This document shows positions 50,401-59,719 of a stretch of 64,000 bases of DNA, one piece after another (the first letter of the stretch is position 1; each line of letters begins with the position of its first letter). The DNA is from Escherichia phage HP3.2. The stretch is from sequence record OP978391.1; one strand, written 5' to 3'. Below the pieces are notes generated by a model. That model searched no databases and had not been told where the DNA came from. It worked only from the letters and a program-made list of their open reading frames with translations. A program made the position numbers and the translations under genes.

Positions 50401-50732
50401 TTAATCTTCTATGATATCTCTATCATATCCAAGTGAAATGAGAGTTTCTTTGAAGTGTTTAATGTTCTTTTGTCTAGAATCATTAATGAAAATGACTGGA
50501 TAACGAATGTTAAGAGATGTGAATCCAGCACGTTTAGCAAGAGATACAATCAGTGGACGATCATACTCAATCTTACCATTATTTGTAAGAACTTTATAGA
50601 AAGTAAAAGGAGCATTGAGCTCCTTTAGAAGTTTTGTAACTGATTGACATCCAGGACAACGACCTACTTCTTCGGGGATGCCATAGATTTCAATCTTATT
50701 CTTTAAGTTCGAGTTTTGTTCCACGAGAAATA
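50401..50732 (-). CDS. Thioredoxin-fold CxxC protein (glutaredoxin-like); start uncertain, no in-frame ATG after the upstream gene stop
   Basis: KIEIYGIPEEVGRCPGCQ motif; candidate GTG start with AAGGA RBS; track ATG would overlap the upstream gene by about 150 nt. Confidence 0.45.
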
Positions 50733-51007
50733 ATTCCTTGATAAGCCCAGTATGGCGGGTTAACAGAATCCTCACCAGAGTTTTCTTCAGGAAAATAAAC
50801 CTGGATAACAAATCCAGATGCATCAAAGGTAAAATAAACCGTAGGCAGTTCACCTAACAATTCGGCACGAGCATTAATTTCTTCGAGATCTCGTTCACGT
50901 CCAGCCCAAAAACTAGGATTTAGACTACATTCGTAAAAATAATAGTCATTACCGAACATATCAAAACCCTTCCAACTCTCTACCACATACCGCTCAAAAC
51001 TAATCAT
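50696..51007 (-). CDS. Hypothetical protein, 103 aa
   Basis: Track ORF. Confidence 0.5.
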   Translation of the reverse strand: MISFERYVVESWKGFDMFGNDYYFYECSLNPSFWAGRERDLEEINARAELLGELPTVYFTFDASGFVIQVYFPEENSGEDSVNPPYWAYQGIISRGTKLELKE

Positions 51008-51009
51008 AA

Positions 51010-51225
51010 TTAAGCCTTTTTATCAAGAACAGAATTCAGCTTGTTAGTAATTTTATCCAGACGCTCATTGAACTCGCTAGAAGATAAACTCTTTTCTGGA
51101 GAAATCAAACTAATCACGAAAAATATAGCAATAAAAGGAATAAGGAAAATAGCTCCAACTGCCATAAACAGAAAGAACGTTACAGTTGTAAGAAAATCAG
51201 CTAAACCTTTACGAAATTTATACAT
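51010..51225 (-). CDS. Small membrane protein, 71 aa
   Basis: Hydrophobic N-terminal segment. Confidence 0.5.
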   Translation of the reverse strand: MYKFRKGLADFLTTVTFFLFMAVGAIFLIPFIAIFFVISLISPEKSLSSSEFNERLDKITNKLNSVLDKKA

Positions 51226-51340
51226 ATTTTACCCTTAATTGATTAACCAAGCATTGATAAGCACTAAACTATACTGCGAATAAAATTCTGGACCAAAATG
51301 AAAAATCATATCATTTATAGTATCCATAATGTAATTCAAT

Positions 51341-51814
51341 TTAATCATGTGTCCACACCCCATCGGTATTTGACCAAAGTCGCTGATTATCTGATCCTCG
51401 CCACAGCTTTTTGGTCGGAAGATTTTTCTCATACTTCCCATCAATAATAACATCAACATATTTAAGCATTTCTAGTTGTTTAATATCTTCAAACTTATAT
51501 CCTGTCCACAACCAAATGTCTTTCTCAGGAAATCTTGCTTTAACCCAAGAAACTAAATTTGAAATCTCTTCTCGGTTCTGTGGATAAAGTGGGTCACCAC
51601 CGGTTAAGGTAAGGCCTTGGATATACGATTTGCTTAAATGGGACGCAAGTTCTTTAACGGTATTCATAGTGAATAACTGTCCGTTACGAGCATTCCAAGT
51701 ACTACGATTATAACAACCTTCGCATTTATGCAAACATCCAGTGACGAAGAGAACGACCCTACATCCAGGGCCGTTAACGAAATCGCATGGATAAATTCTA
51801 TCATAATTCATCTT
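51341..51814 (-). CDS. nrdG: Anaerobic ribonucleotide reductase activating enzyme NrdG (radical SAM)
   Basis: Start MNYDRIYPCDF; CxxxCxxC cluster CLHKCEGC. Confidence 0.88.
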   Translation of the reverse strand, partial: KMNYDRIYPCDFVNGPGCRVVLFVTGCLHKCEGCYNRSTWNARNGQLFTMNTVKELASHLSKSYIQGLTLTGGDPLYPQNREEISNLVSWVKARFPEKDIWLWTGYKFEDIKQLEMLKYVDVIIDGKYEKNLPTKKLWRGSDNQRLWSNTDGVWTHD

Positions 51815-52433
51815 TATATTTCCAAGTATATCCCTTATGAATAGATTGAATTCCTTTGCAACATTTATAAACAGCAGAATGAAAAAATCCTGCATTTCTT
51901 ATTTCAGTTGCTCCAGTTAGTTCTATTGTATTTCCGTCTGGTGAATAGCCAATAACCGTTTTGGTGTTAAAGCGATTTCTAGAACTATTTTTGATATGCT
52001 CTTTATGACTAGTAGACAAAGTTCTTCCTGTTAGCCCATCAGATATCCTTTTTCCAAAATCATCAGGAAGAGTTACTTTAGACCTAGCTATGCTCATTAG
52101 CTTCTTAGTTTTATCGCTTCTTTTTGCGCCACGCTGATTTTCAAATTTCTTAGCTTTTGCATACGCGTATTGTGAAGAAGTAACTTTTCTATGCTTACTA
52201 TTACTCATTATCCAATATGCATCATACATCTTTCCACCATATATTTTAGCCAATAAATGGTGAGCAGTATAGTGGGCCTTATAAGTTAAAAATACTAAGT
52301 TGTCTAAATCATCTGAACCACCCATACTTCTTGGAATTATATGATGAAGTTCATACCCGGCTTTAGTTTGACGGGGCTTAGATGGGTGTTCAGCAGAATT
52401 AACTAGATTTGAATAGATTCTGTCATAATTCAT
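51801..52433 (-). CDS. HNH homing endonuclease (mob-type) inserted between nrdD and nrdG
   Basis: HNH motif ELHHIIPRSMGGSDDLDNLVFLTYKAHYTAHH; N-terminus MNYDRIY duplicates the nrdG start. Confidence 0.8.
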   Translation of the reverse strand: MNYDRIYSNLVNSAEHPSKPRQTKAGYELHHIIPRSMGGSDDLDNLVFLTYKAHYTAHHLLAKIYGGKMYDAYWIMSNSKHRKVTSSQYAYAKAKKFENQRGAKRSDKTKKLMSIARSKVTLPDDFGKRISDGLTGRTLSTSHKEHIKNSSRNRFNTKTVIGYSPDGNTIELTGATEIRNAGFFHSAVYKCCKGIQSIHKGYTWKYKDEL

Positions 52434-54247
52434 TGGTGTTTAACCCTATGCATGATTTCTTTATTTTTACCGAGATTAAATCCGCGTTCGTTCGGGTTTC
52501 CCAAATAACCGCATGTTCTTCTTATTGTGTTCATCTTTTTAGGATCAGTTTCTCCACAAATAGAACAAACAAACCCGTTTTCAGTAGGAGTCATTTCATG
52601 GGTACTTCCACACGTAAAACATTTATCTACTGGCATATTAACACCAAAATAATCTAAATGTTGTGCAGCATAATCCCATACAGCCTCAAGACCTTTTAAG
52701 TTATTTTTCATATCAGGAAGTTCAACATAAGAAATGTGACCACCTGTTGCAATGAAATGATACGGGGCTTCGCGAGAAATCTTTTCAAACGGAGTAATAT
52801 TTTCTTCTACTGAAACATGGAAACTGTTAGTGTACCAGCCTTTATCAGTAACATCCTTTACACTTCCATATTTTTCTGTATCAAGTTTACAGAAGCGATA
52901 GCAAAGGTTTTCAGCAGGAGTAGAATACAAGCTAAAAGCAAACCCAGTTCTTTCAGTCCACTGTTTAAGACGAGCATTCATTTTAGTTAAAATTTCCTGT
53001 CCAATATCACGACCGACAAGAATATTCAATTCGTGAATACCAATGTATCCTAAAGACACTGAACTTCTACCATTTTTAAATAACTCAATTATATCGTCAT
53101 CAGGTTTAAGACGAACCCCGAATGCACCTTCTTGGTAAAGAATAGGAGCAACAGTCGCTTTAACTCCTTTTAAGGAACTAATTCTACACATCAAAGCTTC
53201 AAAACATAAATCCATTCGCTCATTGAATAATTTAACAAATTTCTGTTCATTGAACTGTGTTCCAATATAAGAATCCAACGCAATACGAGGAAGATTCAGT
53301 GTTACAACACCAAGATTATTACGTCCATCAAGAATTTCATTACCAGTCGAATCTTTCCATACGCTCAAGAAACTACGGCAACCCATTGGAGAAACAGGAA
53401 CAGATGAACCAGTGATAGCTTTATTGTTCTTAGCTGAAATAATATCAGGATACATCCTTTTGCTTGCACACTCTAGAGCAAGCTGCTTAATATCATAGTT
53501 CGGATCGTCTTTATAAAGATTAACACCTTCTTCAACAAACATAACAAGCTTAGGGAAAATAGGAGTTATCCCATCACGACCAAGACCTTTAATACGATTT
53601 TTCAGAATTGCTTTCTGAATCATTCGTTCAGTCCAGTCAGTTCCCGTACCAAATGTAATTGTTACAAAAGGTGTTTGTCCGTTTGAACTAAAGAGAGTAT
53701 TTACTTCATATTCATAAGCTTGGAATGCATCGTATACGTCTTTTTCTGTTTTAGATTGAGCATAATTCAACGCATCAGCGATTTGCCATTTTTCTGCATC
53801 CTCAATATGTTTTGCATATGTGCGTTTAACATAAGGAGAAAGTACTTTATCTACATTCGCAAAAGTCGTTCCGCCATATTGATGGGAAGCAACCTGTGCA
53901 GTAATTTGTGCCATAATTGCAGTAGCAACACCGATTGATTTAGGAGTTTCAATCTGCGCATTACCAAGCTTAAATCCGTTCTCAAGCATTCCTTTTAAAT
54001 CTACTAAACAACAATTAGTAAATGGAAGAGCAGGGGAATAATCAATATCATGGAAATGAATAATTCCGCTTTCATGCGCTTTCATAATAAAAGACGGGAC
54101 CATATTTTTGGCAATGTGTTTAGACACAATACCAGCCATAAGGTCCCGTTGAGTTGGAAAAACACGAGAATCTTTATTAGCATTCTCGTTCAAAAGGTCT
54201 TTATTAGTTTTATGAATCAATCCTTCAATTTCTTTTTCAATTGTCAT
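52430..54247 (-). CDS. nrdD: Anaerobic ribonucleoside-triphosphate reductase NrdD, intronless
   Basis: 605 aa continuous ORF; matches T4 NrdD length. Confidence 0.93.
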   Translation of the reverse strand: MTIEKEIEGLIHKTNKDLLNENANKDSRVFPTQRDLMAGIVSKHIAKNMVPSFIMKAHESGIIHFHDIDYSPALPFTNCCLVDLKGMLENGFKLGNAQIETPKSIGVATAIMAQITAQVASHQYGGTTFANVDKVLSPYVKRTYAKHIEDAEKWQIADALNYAQSKTEKDVYDAFQAYEYEVNTLFSSNGQTPFVTITFGTGTDWTERMIQKAILKNRIKGLGRDGITPIFPKLVMFVEEGVNLYKDDPNYDIKQLALECASKRMYPDIISAKNNKAITGSSVPVSPMGCRSFLSVWKDSTGNEILDGRNNLGVVTLNLPRIALDSYIGTQFNEQKFVKLFNERMDLCFEALMCRISSLKGVKATVAPILYQEGAFGVRLKPDDDIIELFKNGRSSVSLGYIGIHELNILVGRDIGQEILTKMNARLKQWTERTGFAFSLYSTPAENLCYRFCKLDTEKYGSVKDVTDKGWYTNSFHVSVEENITPFEKISREAPYHFIATGGHISYVELPDMKNNLKGLEAVWDYAAQHLDYFGVNMPVDKCFTCGSTHEMTPTENGFVCSICGETDPKKMNTIRRTCGYLGNPNERGFNLGKNKEIMHRVKHQ

Positions 54248-54717
54248 TTTAAACTCTTTCTAAGCTGCTTCTTAAATGAAGCTATTAACTGTGTTTTAGT
54301 GTCAGATTCATTATATTCAAATCCTCTTTGAAGCATCTCAGCCATCATTTCCTCTTTTCCTAAACGAGAAAATTCCTTTGATTTATCTCCAATAAAGTTA
54401 GGGTGAATATTATTTTGGGTGTAATCGGATTTTAAATAAGTAAGTAAATTTTCTAACCATTCAAGATAATCAACACCTTGTCCCTTTAAGCCAGAACGAT
54501 TAAATTTATGCTTCATTTGACCTTCTGCGGCATTGCAGAGATTACAAAGCAATCCACGTACCTTTCCTGCTTTTGGTCCATTTAATTCATGATCATGGTC
54601 AAGGTGATTAGCTTGAACATCAGGATTTAGTTCTCGTTGGCAAATTAAGCATTTACCGTTTTGTGCATTATAAAATTTCTGTTTTTCTTCTTTGTATAAT
54701 TTGCCAGTCAATAACAT
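54244..54717 (-). CDS. 49: Endonuclease VII (gp49) Holliday junction resolvase
   Basis: 157 aa; zinc-binding Cys pairs and HNH-like LDHDHE motif. Confidence 0.82.
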   Translation of the reverse strand: MLLTGKLYKEEKQKFYNAQNGKCLICQRELNPDVQANHLDHDHELNGPKAGKVRGLLCNLCNAAEGQMKHKFNRSGLKGQGVDYLEWLENLLTYLKSDYTQNNIHPNFIGDKSKEFSRLGKEEMMAEMLQRGFEYNESDTKTQLIASFKKQLRKSLK

Positions 54718-54758
54718 AATAAACCCTTACCTTAAATAGATAAGGGTATTTATTATTT

Positions 54759-55244
54759 TCAAGTATTGTAAAACATTTGATTCAATCGCTTATATTGCCG
54801 AATCTTTTGGTCAGAAAAAGAAATTTGGGTTTCAAGCCATTCAATATATTCTGCCGCAGCTTGCATCAAATTTCCTTCATAGCCATCGTTATTTTCTTGT
54901 GCAGCTAATTTAGCTAATGCGTATGAAATACGTTCACCTTGAAAATCGGCTTTAGGCTTCTGAACAACTTGATTAGTTCGCTCTACAACTTCTTCAATTT
55001 CGCCATTTTCAATGGATTCAGTATTCCACAAGCACCAATACGTAATTGGCTTATCGTAGATGTTAATAATCTTTCCGTCGGAAAGTTCAATTTCAATAAT
55101 TCCAGTATCAGGCTCTATATCATCTTCACATTCTTTTGCAAGTTCACGAACTTTAAAGACAGTACCTGCACTAAGTTCCGGCCAGTAATTACACAGCCCT
55201 GTATCAGCACGATTAATTCTAAACCACTTATCTACTGTAATCAT
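54759..55244 (-). CDS. Hypothetical protein, about 161 aa (possible PinA by size and position)
   Basis: Internal start MITVDKWF gives 161 aa; lies between 49 and nrdC. Confidence 0.4.
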   Translation of the reverse strand: MITVDKWFRINRADTGLCNYWPELSAGTVFKVRELAKECEDDIEPDTGIIEIELSDGKIINIYDKPITYWCLWNTESIENGEIEEVVERTNQVVQKPKADFQGERISYALAKLAAQENNDGYEGNLMQAAAEYIEWLETQISFSDQKIRQYKRLNQMFYNT

Positions 55245-55366
55245 GTCCCATCTCCATATCAATTAAGTCATTTATCGTTGGTTCATTATATATTGTTTCT
55301 TCATCAGTGTAAACCGGTTCTTCCGGCTCTGGCTCTACAGTTTCCCATCTAGCCGCCCACCAAGGT

Positions 55367-55576
55367 TTAACCCCGAAGCTTATTAAGTTCTTCATAATCA
55401 ATCCAAGATTCTAGTCCTGATGGCAGGTCACATTCAATTTCCCAAAGAAGTTCTTCAATTTTCTGAAGACGATCTAGTTCTTCGGCTGGAATAGTAACCA
55501 TTGACGGAGCTCGTGATACATTAATATCGTAAATCATATTTACCCCAGTTTGACCATGCAATCGCCGTATTTCCAC
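55367..55576 (-). CDS. Hypothetical protein, 69 aa
   Basis: Track ORF. Confidence 0.45.
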   Translation of the reverse strand: MEIRRLHGQTGVNMIYDINVSRAPSMVTIPAEELDRLQKIEELLWEIECDLPSGLESWIDYEELNKLRG

Positions 55577-55755
55577 TTAGAAATAGACTTTTCGCCATTA
55601 GAATAATAAACTTCGAGTTTAGCACGATTATTTTTAATTTGAATAACCTTGGCTGTCATCAAAGTTCCATACCCATAATAAACTGCAACTTCATCACCTA
55701 CATATACCGCGCTTCCGCGGTAATCATGAATATAGTCAGTTCCTTCGAGCATCAT
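55540..55755 (-). CDS. Hypothetical protein, 71 aa
   Basis: Track ORF. Confidence 0.45.
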   Translation of the reverse strand: MMLEGTDYIHDYRGSAVYVGDEVAVYYGYGTLMTAKVIQIKNNRAKLEVYYSNGEKSISKWKYGDCMVKLG

Positions 55756-56015
55756 TTAAAATATTCTCGCAGTTGGTCAAATCCACCAATATGACTTCCA
55801 TCAGGAGCAAATACCTGAGGCATTGTCAAGCCGATTTGAGTATCACGACCTAGTTTAGTCAGAAGCTCAGCGATTTTCTCATCATCAAAAACACCTTTTT
55901 CCGGCATAATGTTGATAAATTCAAACGGCTGTTTCTTCACAGTCAAAAGACGTTTTGCATTATCGCAATACACGCATTTATGAATGTTGCTATCATAACC
56001 ATATACTTTAAACAT
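55752..56015 (-). CDS. nrdC: Thioredoxin/glutaredoxin NrdC
   Basis: 87 aa with CVYC active site; matches T4 NrdC. Confidence 0.85.
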   Translation of the reverse strand: MFKVYGYDSNIHKCVYCDNAKRLLTVKKQPFEFINIMPEKGVFDDEKIAELLTKLGRDTQIGLTMPQVFAPDGSHIGGFDQLREYFK

Positions 56016-56016
56016 A

Positions 56017-56259
56017 TTATTCCTTAATTCCTAGTACTTGTTTAAAAGTCTCGTCGTAATCAAGACTTTGGCCCGTTTGTTCTTTATGTTTGTATATAAT
56101 ATCACTTACTTCTGATAGCATATTTTTATATGAACGAGTTAAAGCAGATTTAAGCACGCTGTATCTATCAGGAAATTTACCGTGTTCATTATAATAAGCT
56201 ATTGCTAATTCACGGACTGCCTTTTCAGCAGCCTCCATATATTCTTTACGCTTGGTCAT
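56017..56259 (-). CDS. Hypothetical protein, 80 aa
   Basis: Track ORF. Confidence 0.5.
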   Translation of the reverse strand: MTKRKEYMEAAEKAVRELAIAYYNEHGKFPDRYSVLKSALTRSYKNMLSEVSDIIYKHKEQTGQSLDYDETFKQVLGIKE

Positions 56260-56261
56260 TT

Positions 56262-56651
56262 TTAATCCAAAATATTATTAGGCATTGGTTGAACACTCAC
56301 AAGTTCTTTAAAGAACTCAGTAGAGTCAGGCAATTTAACCATTTCCGGAGCATGCTTACTGAATTTATGTTTACATTGACGGCATTTATATTCAAGCTCT
56401 GGTTTACGCCAGTTAATCAACTGAACTTGTTCAGTACCGCATTCAGGGCAATTAGGAACGTTTTTAGAAGCTCTTTCACGTCGTTCAACCATAGCCATAA
56501 TAGCATCCCATGCTGGAGGTTTAAAATCTAAATCGTCGCAGCCGTGAATCTTTCCACGCATTTCCATATCATCTTCCTCACCAGCCATAATAATTTTAAT
56601 TAAACTGGAATTACTTGAAGCTGCAATGTCTTCTAATAAACGCTTTTTCAT
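56262..56651 (-). CDS. Zinc-ribbon protein, 129 aa
   Basis: CPECG...CRQC Cys pairs. Confidence 0.5.
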   Translation of the reverse strand: MKKRLLEDIAASSNSSLIKIIMAGEEDDMEMRGKIHGCDDLDFKPPAWDAIMAMVERRERASKNVPNCPECGTEQVQLINWRKPELEYKCRQCKHKFSKHAPEMVKLPDSTEFFKELVSVQPMPNNILD

Positions 56652-57577
56652 TTCAATACCTCAATAGCATTACGTAAACCATTTGCTTTTGCATTAAGAG
56701 CTTTTAACAATTTGGTGTGTTCTGCAATTTGGGCTTCAACTTCAATCAAACGGGCATTGAGATATTCACGTTCTTCACTCAGATTATCAACCTTTTCTAC
56801 TTTAGGCTCTTTTACAACTGTCTTATATGTATTAGGGTTCTTCAGTTTAATTAGAATGCGTGAACTGTATAACATTGAACCATTATCTTCGGTTTCGTCA
56901 TACATTTCCACTACGTCCATAATTTTTAACATCATGCGGAGTTTATAAGACAACGAACGAATAGTTTTGTTGTGCTTATTAATTTCTTTAGCTGTCATGG
57001 TGCCAAGATTACGTGAGTAATAATAAGGAACCTGGATATTAATTAATACTGATGAACCACCTGGCTTGTGTGTTACTTCATCAGCAATAACCCAGTCCTT
57101 AACATGAACTGTATTTGTACGGTCATCGCCCGCGGTAAATAGTTTGCGAGCATGCTTAAAAAGCATATTCACTTGGTCATTGAATTGACAAGCAAATTTA
57201 TCAGCAAATTTAGTTTCAGGAATGGTAGAAAACCAATCAGCCAAATGAGTCTTTTTAACATCATTAACAATAGTAAATTCAACCAAATCGGTTATAGATG
57301 TCTCAGATTTAATGAAGCTCGGCTTCATAAAGTTTTTAATGTTCTCATGAGCTACAGTAGAAGATAACATACGAGAACGTTTAAACCATTCAAGCAAATT
57401 GCCTAACGAATGAGAATAAGCGTTTTGAGTATCTTTACAGATATGATTTTCCTGACCAACATATTGAAGGAAATCACGAAGAATATTATTGATTACTGCT
57501 CTGTGCCCGATCTGATAATTACGGTGTTTAGTAATAAGACTGTCAAAATAATCAATATAATGTTTACGAGTTTTCAT
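56648..57577 (-). CDS. Tandem paralog A (309 aa) with C-terminal coiled coil
   Basis: N-terminus MKTRKHY and motif LFKHARKL shared with paralogs B and C. Confidence 0.6.
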   Translation of the reverse strand: MKTRKHYIDYFDSLITKHRNYQIGHRAVINNILRDFLQYVGQENHICKDTQNAYSHSLGNLLEWFKRSRMLSSTVAHENIKNFMKPSFIKSETSITDLVEFTIVNDVKKTHLADWFSTIPETKFADKFACQFNDQVNMLFKHARKLFTAGDDRTNTVHVKDWVIADEVTHKPGGSSVLINIQVPYYYSRNLGTMTAKEINKHNKTIRSLSYKLRMMLKIMDVVEMYDETEDNGSMLYSSRILIKLKNPNTYKTVVKEPKVEKVDNLSEEREYLNARLIEVEAQIAEHTKLLKALNAKANGLRNAIEVLK

Positions 57578-57629
57578 ATTCTTCTCACTTGGTTAATGGT
57601 TTATACTCCGAGCCATCCTTGGCTTTAAA

Positions 57630-58631
57630 TTACTTAATTAACTGTAAAGCTTGTTCAAGACGATCAAGACGATTAACGGATTCTTCCCAAATCTTTTTAG
57701 CCTGCTCATATTCTTTCTGCGCTTTATTAGAAATTTCTAGAACTTCTTTATAAGCTTTTTCTAGTGCAATAACTTCTGGACGAATTTCTACTGGTTCAGG
57801 CGAATCGTCAAGACATTCCATTAGTTCCTCAAGGGTAGTTTCTTCTTTAGGAGTATTCACAATTTCATCACATTTTTGTTGGTAAATTTCTTTATCAGTC
57901 GGTGAGTACGCACACTTTACTTCACGGAGACTAACTACAATTTTATATCCTTCCCAACCGCATATATTCTTAAAAGGATAAGTATGAATATTTTCTACTG
58001 TTTCCATACAAAGTAATGCGGTCTCTAACTGACGAGTTATATCGCTAGCAATTGAGAAAAATTTATTAATGTTCTTTTGATTAGCTTCTGGTGTAAAAAA
58101 TTCATAATTCACAAAAATAGCTGCTTTATTTTTATCAAGCTCATATTCTTTTATGATAATCATATCAGAAGCCCAAGGATGGATTTGACGATAATCACCA
58201 TAGCATAATTTAGAAGCTGATTTTAGAATTTGCTTCTTGAAAAGTCTAAAATTACTAATCCAACGACGAGTAAAAATATTCTCAGGGTCTTCTTTATTAT
58301 TAAGATGATAAGAATTAACATCACCGAACCAACTGTATCCTACTACATCTTTAGTTCGTTTAATTTCTTTCCCAAATTTACCAAGAATATCTTGATTAAC
58401 TAAATATGAAAGAAGACGAGAACCTTTAAAAGTTTCCTTAATATCATCTTTATATTCGCGACTAGAAATTTTATGAACTTCATGAATAAATTTGCTTGAA
58501 GAAACAATACTTGCATCAATATTATTGAGCCATTGATTGATAATGGAAATAACACTATTCTGACTAAACACAGGTTTAACTTTATCATCAATAACGCTAT
58601 TGAATGATTTGATATATTCGTTACGAGTCAT
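57630..58631 (-). CDS. Tandem paralog B (about 333 aa) with C-terminal coiled coil
   Basis: Start MTRNEY with GAGGAG RBS; motif LFKKQILKSASKL aligns with paralog C. Confidence 0.6.
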   Translation of the reverse strand: MTRNEYIKSFNSVIDDKVKPVFSQNSVISIINQWLNNIDASIVSSSKFIHEVHKISSREYKDDIKETFKGSRLLSYLVNQDILGKFGKEIKRTKDVVGYSWFGDVNSYHLNNKEDPENIFTRRWISNFRLFKKQILKSASKLCYGDYRQIHPWASDMIIIKEYELDKNKAAIFVNYEFFTPEANQKNINKFFSIASDITRQLETALLCMETVENIHTYPFKNICGWEGYKIVVSLREVKCAYSPTDKEIYQQKCDEIVNTPKEETTLEELMECLDDSPEPVEIRPEVIALEKAYKEVLEISNKAQKEYEQAKKIWEESVNRLDRLEQALQLIK

Positions 58632-58659
58632 ATTAATCTCCTCAGTAGAAAGTAAGAAC

Positions 58660-58689
58660 ATTATACCACATCCTTGTGGCAAAGTAAAC
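58660..58689 (-). promoter_or_regulatory. Early sigma70-like promoter
   Basis: GTTTAC, 18-bp spacer, TATAAT; near-identical to the 12846 promoter. Confidence 0.5.
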
Positions 58690-59711
58690 TAGTTTAGTGC
58701 ATTTAGTGCGTTGTTCAGTTTAGAACGTTGCTTCGTAAGATTTTTGACTTTTTCTTGAGCTTTTTCTAGCATCTTTTCAGCTTCTAACACTTCATTAGTT
58801 GCTTTAACGAGTTCATCATCTACTGCCTTGATAGACTTCTCAATCGCATCCGCGTGCCATTTTTCAACAGGTTTAAGACTCGGATTTTCAACAGGAAGAA
58901 AATTCACTTTATTGAATTTCCATGTATCTTTATTACCTGAACTATACATCCAAAATTTAGGATCGTTTGATGAGTAATTGGATAAATTTAAGATATCTTG
59001 CACTTCCTGCTTTTTCTCTTGCGGGACTTCGTCCTTTCTCAAAAAATCGTATTTAAATGAAACGATCATATCAAGTTCATACGTTGTTGTATGTTCCCAA
59101 TTTCGCTCAAAATGAGGTAAAATCTTAGACTGAACCGCGGCAACTACATCCATATACTTAAATGCTTCTGTCAACTGTGATTTAAGGCATTCACAAATTG
59201 AAAGAGAATTTTTTGTATTAGGTTTAAAGCTAATTCGTGCAGTTCTGTTATTTTCTTTTAATGGTCTTACTTCCATCTGAAGAGTATAACCATCAAATTT
59301 CAGATTCTTTAAGTTAATATCAGAACCTTTTAATCGACTAGCAGTAGACAAAATTTGCTTTAATTGTTTACGGAATAGAGCAATAAATCTCCATTCAATA
59401 CGATAATGATTTGGATTGAAAAATCCAGATGATAAATCGACCTTACTCTGACCAACACCTTGAACAAATAGAGGATTTTTATAATCAATAGTTTTACAGA
59501 AATCGGTGAGCTGTTCACGAGCAGTCATTTGAGTAATATACCCAGCTTCATTAAAATTACGCACCCATTCACTGCTGTTCAGATGTTTAAAGGCGTGAAT
59601 GGAACAATTAACTTTACCAAGGTCTAAATTATTTTCGCACAAAAATGTCATAGCATCACGAGTATAGCTGGCATTACGAACCATATCTTCAATTTGAGAA
59701 CGAGTTTTCAT
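58689..59711 (-). CDS. Tandem paralog C (340 aa) with C-terminal coiled coil
   Basis: MKTRSQ N-terminus; motif LFRKQLKQILSTASRL. Confidence 0.6.
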   Translation of the reverse strand: MKTRSQIEDMVRNASYTRDAMTFLCENNLDLGKVNCSIHAFKHLNSSEWVRNFNEAGYITQMTAREQLTDFCKTIDYKNPLFVQGVGQSKVDLSSGFFNPNHYRIEWRFIALFRKQLKQILSTASRLKGSDINLKNLKFDGYTLQMEVRPLKENNRTARISFKPNTKNSLSICECLKSQLTEAFKYMDVVAAVQSKILPHFERNWEHTTTYELDMIVSFKYDFLRKDEVPQEKKQEVQDILNLSNYSSNDPKFWMYSSGNKDTWKFNKVNFLPVENPSLKPVEKWHADAIEKSIKAVDDELVKATNEVLEAEKMLEKAQEKVKNLTKQRSKLNNALNALN

Positions 59712-59719
59712 GGTGTTCC

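Noticed and set aside
51235-51459. Track ORF 51235..51459 (74 aa) overlapping the 3' end of nrdG
   Set aside because: It overlaps nrdG by more than 100 nt in another frame; at most a short downstream portion could be a separate small gene, which I could not support.
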